Below are positions 6,247 through 12,719 of a stretch of 64,000 nt of DNA, one piece after another. The DNA comes from a virus (lineage: Duplodnaviria > Caudoviricetes): the IMG/VR virus record IMGVR_UViG_3300036803_000075, positions 43,725 through 107,724 of that record. The stretch is one strand, 5' to 3'. The position numbers and the translations under genes are program-made. Each line of letters starts with the position of its first letter. Position 1 is the stretch's first letter. Under the pieces are notes generated by a model, which was not told the DNA's origin, ran no database searches, and saw nothing but the letters and a program-made list of their open reading frames with translations.

Positions 6247-7746
6247 CAGGGCCTGGCCTGGCCGGGTGAGGCGGGACGAGGCTAGGTGAGGCGAGGTTCG
6301 GCAACGTCGGGCCGGGTAGGGCGAGACTGGGCGCGGCGAGGTCAGGCTGGGTTGGACAAGGAAGCACAAAATGGGTGACTGGCAGTCTCCGAGGTTCGAG
6401 GCCTCGGCACCCACGCTCCTTTCGGGAGTCAAGACGGGGCAGGGCGCGGTGAGGTGTGGCCTGGTGGGGTGAGGCTTGGCGTGGTGAGGCTTGGGATTTT
6501 AAAATGGACGACCGGCAGCCACTAGGGTTCAAGGCCCTAGCGTTCACGCTCACTACGGTGAGTTGAGGCCCGGTTTGGTACGGCAAGGCGTGACAGGGCA
6601 TGGCTCGGCCCGGCGAGGTCCGGCGCGGCAGGGCGCGGCATGATTGGGCGCCGTATGCCATGGCAAGGTGAGGCATGGCAAGGAATTACAGAGCGAGCGG
6701 CACACTTCCGGGTTCGAGTCCTGGACGCTCGCGGCCGTCCTCGGGCGGCTCGTGGCAAGCCTAGGTTGGGTTTGGCATGGCAATGTTAGGTAGGGCTCGG
6801 CTTGGTCCGGTGCGGCAAAGCGCGGTTAGGTTTGGCATGGCAACAAACTGGGTGAGCGGCACACTCTTCGGTCCGAGTCCGAAGCACCCACGGCTACTCC
6901 GGTAGCTCGTGGCTTGGTGCGGCGCGGCAGCGCATGGTTGGGCCTGGCATGGCAGGGAATTTACTGAGCGGATGGTCGTACGGGAGGTTCGACTCCTCTT
7001 GCGTTCACGCCCTCTTTGGGGGTCAGGGCACGGCTAGGCTGGGCGCGGTAGGGCTGGGTACGATTCGGTCTGGCGGGGCAAGGCTTGGGATATACCAGTG
7101 CGAATGGCATACCTCTCGGTTCGAGTCTGAGACGCTCACGCTCTCTTCGAGAGTCAGGGCAGGGCGACGCCAGGCATGGTTAAGTTGGGTGCGGCTGGAC
7201 GCGGTGCGGCAAGGTTTGACTTGACGTGGCAAGGCGAGGCAGAGCTGGGTCAGGCAGGGCAGCAACAACACTGTGTCGACGGTCTTCGAGAGGGTTCGAC
7301 TCCCTCTGACACGCGCTCTCTTCGAGAGTCAGGGCGGGGCTAGGCAGGGCAACGTATGGCCCGGCGCGGTAAGGCTTGGCTAGGTTGGGTTGGGTCCGGT
7401 GGAGTGTGGCTAGGTATGGAGTGCCGACGGTCTGCGAGGAGGTTCGACTCCTTCTGGCACACGCTCTCTTCGGAGAGGCGGGGCTAGGTGCGGCGTGGCT
7501 TGGTGGGGCACGGTGCGGTCAGGCCGGGCATGACAAGGATCAAAAATCTGGACGAGCAGCACACTTCTGGGTGCGAGTCCCAGACGCCCACGCTCACTCC
7601 AGTGAGTACGTGGCCAGGCGTGGCATGGTAGGGCACGGTCCGGCTGGGTCGGGCGCGGTAGGGCTAGGCACTGGGCATGGTTTGGTACGCCTAGGTGAGA
7701 TGTGGCATGGCTTGGTATGGCAGGGATCTGTTAAAATCCCTGCCAT
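6247..7746 (+). ncRNA. Array B: ten GGY-NN pentamer tracts separated by nine mini tRNA-like elements
   Basis: Tracts: 6250-6359 (22), 6433-6492 (12), 6567-6681 (23), 6754-6843 (18), 6911-6955 (9), 7027-7086 (12), 7158-7262 (21), 7333-7417 (17), 7477-7536 (12), 7612-7723 (22). Mini-tRNAs: 6373-6413, 6506-6546, 6691-6731, 6850-6890, 6966-7007, 7098-7138, 7273-7313, 7421-7461, 7550-7590. Ends in an 11-bp hairpin at 7717-7746. Confidence 0.8.
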
Positions 7747-8095
7747 GAGCACCTGAAGAGATCGAAAGCCAGCGCTGTCCGTCACCAAGGACGATTGTGA
7801 ATGGCAGTATTTTCGAGCCGGCGGCCCTGGCGGTCAGCATCAAAACAAGACCTCGTCCGGGGCTCGGGTGATCCACCATCCGTCCGGCGCCCGTGGCGAG
7901 TCCCGGGAGGAGCGCAGTCAGCTCCAAAACCGTAAGGCTGCCTGGCGCCGGATGGTGGCCGATCCGAAGTTCAAGATCTGGATCAACACCCAGCTTTATG
8001 GTCTCGAGCTGGCGGAATCCAAGGTCGCCAGGGACATGGCGGAGAAGAACATCCGGGTCGAAGTCAAGAAAGACGGGAAATGGATATGCCAGTAG
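7745..8095 (+). CDS. GGQ peptide-chain-release-factor-like (RF-1 domain/ArfB-like) protein with an in-frame TGA at codon 4
   Basis: The frame reads MST*RDRKPALSVTKDDCEWQYFRAGGPGGQHQNKTSSGARVIHHPSG...ERSQLQNRKAA. GGQ is at 7829-7837. The ORF track (7868 start) misses the GGQ. Confidence 0.75.
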
Positions 8096-8283
8096 AAGTG
8101 CAAGGCTGCCGAACCGAAGACGACCCCGAGGGGATGTTGCACTTCAAGGATGGCAATGACCCCAACTTGTATGCGTACTGTGGCGTTCGGGTCCAAATCA
8201 TGACCAGCAATTGGCTTCTAGCCAATTGCTGTCCTATTTGCGAGGCGAAACGTCTTACGGTCTATAAGGAGCAGAAGATCTAG
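8086..8283 (+). CDS. Small Cys-rich hypothetical protein
   Basis: Overlaps the upstream stop; H...YCG...CPIC pattern. Confidence 0.5.
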   Translation: MPVEVQGCRTEDDPEGMLHFKDGNDPNLYAYCGVRVQIMTSNWLLANCCPICEAKRLTVYKEQKI

Positions 8284-8636
8284 TCTCCGTTCTCCCGCTC
8301 CTTGCGCTGTTCCAGCTCCTGGTCGCTCTCGTCCTCGGCCGTCATCAGGTCGTCGCCGTCGTCCACACCCAGTCGGCGGAGGATCTCGTCGAGCTTGAGA
8401 TTGAGAGCGAGATTGTCCCGGTTCTGGGTGTTCTGAATGATGAACACCATCAAAAAAGTGATGATCGTCGTGCTGGTGTTGATCACCAACTGCCAGGTGT
8501 CTGAGAAGCCCAACAGCGGCCCGCTGGCGCCCCATACGAGCAGAGCGCCCAGCGCGGCCACAAACACCCAGCCCCGGCCGAGAATGGCCGAGATCTTGCT
8601 GGTGAACCTGGTGAAGACCCCACCCTTTTTACTCAT
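8280..8636 (-). CDS. Low-affinity iron permease family (Fet4-like domain) membrane protein
   Basis: Characteristic WGASGPLLGFSDTWQLVINTSTTIITFLMVFIIQNTQNRD..ALNLKLDEI; ATG at 8636 overlaps the upstream TGA. Confidence 0.8.
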   Translation of the reverse strand: MSKKGGVFTRFTSKISAILGRGWVFVAALGALLVWGASGPLLGFSDTWQLVINTSTTIITFLMVFIIQNTQNRDNLALNLKLDEILRRLGVDDGDDLMTAEDESDQELEQRKERENGD

Positions 8637-10711
8637 GCTGTCGGAGTCACCCAAGTAGTTCCATTCCACACCTTAACGGGCGCCTGTACCCATGAGGTTC
8701 CATTCCAAATCTTTACTGGCGCATGCACCCAAGTAGTTCCATTCCACACCTTCATCGCGCCGCCGGAGGGGGCCGTGTACGTCTTCGTCAGCGTGATGTG
8801 GCTGGCACCCGAGGAGTCATAGCCGGTGCCCGTGACGGTGATCTGCTGGCCATTATCGACAACATCGAACCAGCCATATTGCTGGCTGTAGACCGAGCTG
8901 CTCTGGGGCACCGGGTAGATCCCAGCGGAGTACGTACCGTTGCCGGCATAGGTTGTCTGGTCCAGCGGTGAGGCACAGAAGATCTGCAGACCGCTCGGGG
9001 AGTGGGTCCCGTCATCCGCCGCCAGCACATGCAGGTCACCATGGATCATCATCACCCGGACACCGTTGGCGTTGATGAAGTTGCCGATCTCCGTACGCTC
9101 GGTGTTGTAAGCCGACCAGGTGTCGTCGCCGACGTACGTGGTGCCGTTGTTCCACGCGTCCTCATGGAACCAGATCTTGACCGGCTCGGGCTGCAGCAGC
9201 TGAGCCTTCAGCCAGTCCTTCTGGGTGCTCCCGAGCTTGGTCTTGCTGGAGTTGTCCGTCTGGGCGATCGGACTCATGTACGACCGGCCGTCGGTGCAGA
9301 TATAGCGCACCCGGCCGGCCACGAAGGTGAAGTACGTTCCCGCGTTGTCCGCCGCCGGCAGCGTATAGCTCGGCACCCGGTTCCGGTAGACGGACTGGGC
9401 AGCCGCGTGGGCGACCGCAGTACCGTCGTTGTTCGAGCCGCCGCCGGAGTCGTGGTCAGACCAGATGTAACTGATGCTGGTGCTGGAGAAGAGCGACTGC
9501 TGCCGCTGGCAGCTCATCACCTCGTCCCACGCCCGGTTGAACAACGTCGTGTCATTGGCCACGATGTCTCGGTAGTTCAGGTCTCCCAGGTGCTGGAAGA
9601 ACAACGCCGTCCGAGATCCCGCCCCCACCGAGCCGGTGCGTGTGCGGATCTGGTCGAAGTTGATGTCATTACTGAAGGTCTTGGCACATGAGGCAGCAGC
9701 GAAGGAATAGCTAGCGGGGCTGCCTGCTACCGGGAACGTCCGCACCGTACCGACAGACTGGGTGTCGATCGTTCCGTCCAGCTCCAGACCGTAGTAGTAC
9801 GTGGTGTTCGCAGTCAGCCCTGAAATAGCGAACTTAGCCAATCCATTGGCGTCAGGCGTGGCCGCGCTGGAAAAGACTGGGCTCGTCAGCAGATCGCTAG
9901 TGGTAGAGACCTTCACCCTCGCGGACGCCGTGTTAACCGTTCGAGAGGAGACATTGAATCCAGTAGCGGTCGCTCCACCGGCCCAACGGGAAAGGCAGGT
10001 CTGGTACATCGCTGGGTATCCGACATCGGAAAATCCCGCATTCGCTGCGTAATAAGCGATAGCGGCAGTGGCGTTAACCGTCCCTACCACGCCGCAGTAC
10101 ATAGCCGTGCCGGTGTTGAATGTAGCCGTGCTGGTGATGGTCTGGGCAGGTGAGCCAAAGGCTGCAGTCGGGAAGGATCGAACCTCCAGCTGCCCGACCG
10201 TGGCAGAGAAAGTCACCTTCCATTCAATGCGACCCCAGGTATTCGCCGTCAAGGCACCCGTGGTGGTCGTGGCGGCAGACGCTCCTGTCGAATCCCGAGC
10301 TGAGATCAGACCACTAGAAAGCACTCGCAGAGTAGCCATGATAGCGCCCGAAGTATTCAAGATCGCCATGACGGCTTGGGAGCTGCCTGGAAGCGAGGGA
10401 AAGTTAACGTCGATCCAGCCATAAATGGTGGTCGCGCTCGTCTGGAACATCCCCGCTGGACTAGCGGCGCCAGTGTTCCACCGGGTATACGCCTGGGCGT
10501 CGGTGGCATTCGCTACTACGTGAAGGGTATTGACTCCGGTCGACCGTACGACCGTATTGCTGTAGGCCAATGCTGCCGTACCACCGATCGTGGGCAAGAA
10601 GTCAAAGGCCCATCCAGGCCCACCACCAGAGTTGCCGGCAGTGGTAGGCATGTTAGGCACCACCAGCGCCGCACCATTGGGGCCATTCAGGCTATTGAAA
10701 ACTCGCGTCAT
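8633..10711 (-). CDS. PhoD-like metallophosphoesterase fused to virion-type domains
   Basis: Motifs AASCA, HLGDLNY, WSDHD, TDGRSY, LGSTQKDWL and IHGDLH; FN3-like segment GLTANTTYYY; C-terminal triple KxWNGxxW repeat. Confidence 0.75.
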   Translation of the reverse strand: MTRVFNSLNGPNGAALVVPNMPTTAGNSGGGPGWAFDFLPTIGGTAALAYSNTVVRSTGVNTLHVVANATDAQAYTRWNTGAASPAGMFQTSATTIYGWIDVNFPSLPGSSQAVMAILNTSGAIMATLRVLSSGLISARDSTGASAATTTTGALTANTWGRIEWKVTFSATVGQLEVRSFPTAAFGSPAQTITSTATFNTGTAMYCGVVGTVNATAAIAYYAANAGFSDVGYPAMYQTCLSRWAGGATATGFNVSSRTVNTASARVKVSTTSDLLTSPVFSSAATPDANGLAKFAISGLTANTTYYYGLELDGTIDTQSVGTVRTFPVAGSPASYSFAAASCAKTFSNDINFDQIRTRTGSVGAGSRTALFFQHLGDLNYRDIVANDTTLFNRAWDEVMSCQRQQSLFSSTSISYIWSDHDSGGGSNNDGTAVAHAAAQSVYRNRVPSYTLPAADNAGTYFTFVAGRVRYICTDGRSYMSPIAQTDNSSKTKLGSTQKDWLKAQLLQPEPVKIWFHEDAWNNGTTYVGDDTWSAYNTERTEIGNFINANGVRVMMIHGDLHVLAADDGTHSPSGLQIFCASPLDQTTYAGNGTYSAGIYPVPQSSSVYSQQYGWFDVVDNGQQITVTGTGYDSSGASHITLTKTYTAPSGGAMKVWNGTTWVHAPVKIWNGTSWVQAPVKVWNGTTWVTPTA

Positions 10712-10721
10712 CTTTTATCTC

Positions 10722-12206
10722 CTACGCGGCCGTGTTGAGAGTCCAGCTGGTGTCGTCGTTCTTGAGCAGGTTCGCGGCCGACTGCTGGAGGATCTTGTTG
10801 CCGCTGTTGGGCGCGATAAGCCCAGAAACCTTGCAGGTGGCCGTGGTGTACACCGCCGGCCGGGTGAGTGGGGTGTTGGAGGTCTGAGCGGCACCACCCA
10901 GGAACGTGCAGCCCTGAACCAAATGGTCCGCCCCGCCCTGGATCTGGATGATTCCCTTGGTGCCAGCGCCGGCCACGGCGGTGTTGAAGAAGATGCAACC
11001 AATCATGGCCACACCCGCACCGCCCGTGATGTTGATGGCGGGAGCCTGCTGCCAGGTCGTCGAGGTGTTCCGCCCCGTACCGTCGAACCTCGTTCGCAAG
11101 AAATAAAGATCTCCGTACGATCCCTCGACCTTGATCCCGCCGCAGACCTGCGGGGTGATGTAGACCGACCCCACCGTGGTCCGGGACATGTGAGCGAGGC
11201 GCATGTACCAGGACGCGGCGGGGATGTTCACGGCCGAAAGGAAGGACTGCCCCTCCAGCCAGTAATTGTTGTCCGAGCCCGCCAGGTAGAACTGCGTGTC
11301 CGTACCGGCGTTGGTGTACATCCGCTCGATGGAGACCCGCAGATGCCGGGACTGCATGACAGTTTTAAATCCCACCCAGCCGCCATCCCGGAAGCTGGCG
11401 TCCACCAGGATCGGGCCGTTGGACAGATCCGAGGTCGGGGTGAGGAAGTAGTTACTCCCGGTACCGGTGAAGCAGATCCCGTGGATATAGAAGTCCTTGG
11501 CTCCCGTGCTGGGACCGCCGGCCGGGTCCACCGAGAAGAGGCCGGTGCCGGTGACGTGCACGACGCACTGCCGGCTGAACTCCCGCTCCATACCGCCCAG
11601 CGGACCGGAGATCCGCAGTCCGGAGATGGTCAGCGGGTAGGTGTTCGCGAAGGTGTGCGTGCGGTTGGCCAGCACCAGGGTCGGCTTGTACGTCTGAGCC
11701 CCGATGTAGCTCATGGCGTTGGCCATCTTGATGTCGTCAGAGGCCCCTGAGAAGCTGTCCAGGGCCACGATACCGAGCTGGGCTAGGTTGGCTGACCCTC
11801 CGCCTCCGCCACCGCCAGGCTGGTTCTCAAGCACCGTTACGCGGTTGCCCAGGCTGGTCACGCTGGTCTGCAGTGTGACGATGTTGCCCTCGTTGGTCGT
11901 GACCCGAGTGCCCAGCGCGTTGATGTCGTCCGCCACCGGGACGAGTACGTCCACGTCCTCCACGAAGACCTCGTTGGAGGCGCCGACCGTGATGCCGATC
12001 CGCACCCGCAGTGAGGCTTCGGTGTAGAAGGAAATGTTCCCCGTCAGTGAGGTGAAGGGGTTGGACATCGTGGAGGCGGTCACCGCGTTCGGGTAGATCG
12101 GCACCGTGATCGGTGTCGTCGTACTCGGCTGCAGAAGGCGTACCTGTGCCCCAGCCACCACATTGCCCTGGCTGTCGACGATCTTGGTCTGGTAATGGGC
12201 TCTCAC
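10722..12206 (-). CDS. Tail fibre/tailspike with probable beta-helix (depolymerase-like) C-terminus
   Basis: Anchor N-terminus shared with 12351-12710, coiled coil LGTRVTTNE..LGNRVTVLE, poly-Gly linker, then a beta-rich domain. Confidence 0.65.
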   Translation of the reverse strand: MRAHYQTKIVDSQGNVVAGAQVRLLQPSTTTPITVPIYPNAVTASTMSNPFTSLTGNISFYTEASLRVRIGITVGASNEVFVEDVDVLVPVADDINALGTRVTTNEGNIVTLQTSVTSLGNRVTVLENQPGGGGGGGSANLAQLGIVALDSFSGASDDIKMANAMSYIGAQTYKPTLVLANRTHTFANTYPLTISGLRISGPLGGMEREFSRQCVVHVTGTGLFSVDPAGGPSTGAKDFYIHGICFTGTGSNYFLTPTSDLSNGPILVDASFRDGGWVGFKTVMQSRHLRVSIERMYTNAGTDTQFYLAGSDNNYWLEGQSFLSAVNIPAASWYMRLAHMSRTTVGSVYITPQVCGGIKVEGSYGDLYFLRTRFDGTGRNTSTTWQQAPAINITGGAGVAMIGCIFFNTAVAGAGTKGIIQIQGGADHLVQGCTFLGGAAQTSNTPLTRPAVYTTATCKVSGLIAPNSGNKILQQSAANLLKNDDTSWTLNTAA

Positions 12207-12214
12207 GTTGCCTC

Positions 12215-12251
12215 CTCTACTCCTTCGGTGTGCTGACTACGAGTAGGGAAG
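12215..12251 (-). promoter_or_regulatory. Putative late promoter copy (CTTCCC-N19-GAAGGAGTAGAG)
   Basis: One of 10 copies of a bipartite motif with an exact 19-bp spacer upstream of virion/late genes. Confidence 0.55.
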
Positions 12252-12351
12252 TGACGCCATACTCAGGCGGCTGCTCGACGATCACCGTCGCGTTCGACAG
12301 ACTCACGTCAGCGACGACGAGAATCGGCTCCAGATAGATCACGGCGTCCAT
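12217..12351 (-). CDS. Small hypothetical protein, 44 aa (not in the ORF track)
   Basis: MDAVIYLEPILVVADVSLSNATVIVEQPPEYGVTSLLVVSTPKE*; TGATG coupling to the upstream gene. Confidence 0.45.
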   Translation of the reverse strand: MDAVIYLEPILVVADVSLSNATVIVEQPPEYGVTSLLVVSTPKE

Positions 12352-12710
12352 CACAGCCCCGTGGTATCCACCCAAATTGTCGTGTAGGAAACGGGGCTCG
12401 ACGGAGCGGTGTTCTGCACGAACAGGGCCTGACTGGACGGCGGCAGCAGCAGGTCCACGTCCTCAATAAAATACTCCGGATTGGCGCCTACGGTGACTCC
12501 GAAGCGGACCCGCAACGGAGAGTCGCAGTACACGCTCACCGAACCGTCCGCTGAGGTGAACGGGTTGGCCAGCGGAGTACCAGAATCGGCACTGCCGTAG
12601 ATCGTCTGGGAGATCAGCGTCGTGGTGCCCGGGTTGAGCAACCGAACCGAGGCGCCCGTCAGGACGTTGCCCTGGTTGTCGACGACTGTCGTCTGGAAAT
12701 GGGCTCGCAT
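12351..12710 (-). CDS. Short tail-fibre anchor-domain protein
   Basis: Paralogous to the N-terminus of 10722-12206 (MRAH[FY]QT..VD.QGNV..GA.VRLL.P.TTT); AGGAG RBS. Confidence 0.7.
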   Translation of the reverse strand: MRAHFQTTVVDNQGNVLTGASVRLLNPGTTTLISQTIYGSADSGTPLANPFTSADGSVSVYCDSPLRVRFGVTVGANPEYFIEDVDLLLPPSSQALFVQNTAPSSPVSYTTIWVDTTGL

Positions 12711-12719
12711 TGGTTACTC

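Noticed and set aside
7333-7347. NN string GG TA AG matching the late promoter core GGGTAGAG with one-base gaps (self-targeting)
   Set aside because: Only 6 informative bases match, and the following dinucleotides did not match the promoter copies I checked, so this is compatible with chance.
4553-7590. Cluster of ordinary tRNA genes or random tRNA pseudogenes
   Set aside because: The elements lack D and anticodon arms, so they cannot decode. Their uniform 41-nt size and compensatory changes argue against random decay.
4477-7723. Simple microsatellite or G-quadruplex-only explanation
   Set aside because: Neighbouring pentamers are rarely identical, as slippage would make them, and tracts are modular with handles and separators. 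Two-tier G4 folding is possible but does not explain the invariant pyrimidine or the fixed period.
4457-7746. Canonical CRISPR array
   Set aside because: There are no identical 25-40-nt direct repeats with unique spacers, the separators vary in sequence, and no cas1/cas2 genes are in the window.
4475-7756. Many short ORFs on both strands over the pentamer arrays (ARLG/AWHG/PRRA-rich peptides)
   Set aside because: These are artefacts of translating a stop-poor 5-nt repeat. They lack RBSs, and conservation is at the RNA level (5-nt phase, covarying stems), not the codon level.
7754-7756. Genome-wide TGA reassignment
   Set aside because: TGA terminates many well-defined, coupled genes here (e.g. 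1654, 5690, 8633, 53069), so any readthrough would be local.
8650-8752. Direct repeat CACCCAAGTAGTTCCATTCCACACCTT as a DGR or CRISPR-like repeat
   Set aside because: It is explained by the coding KxWNGxxW peptide repeat at the end of the PhoD-like gene, and no reverse transcriptase is seen.
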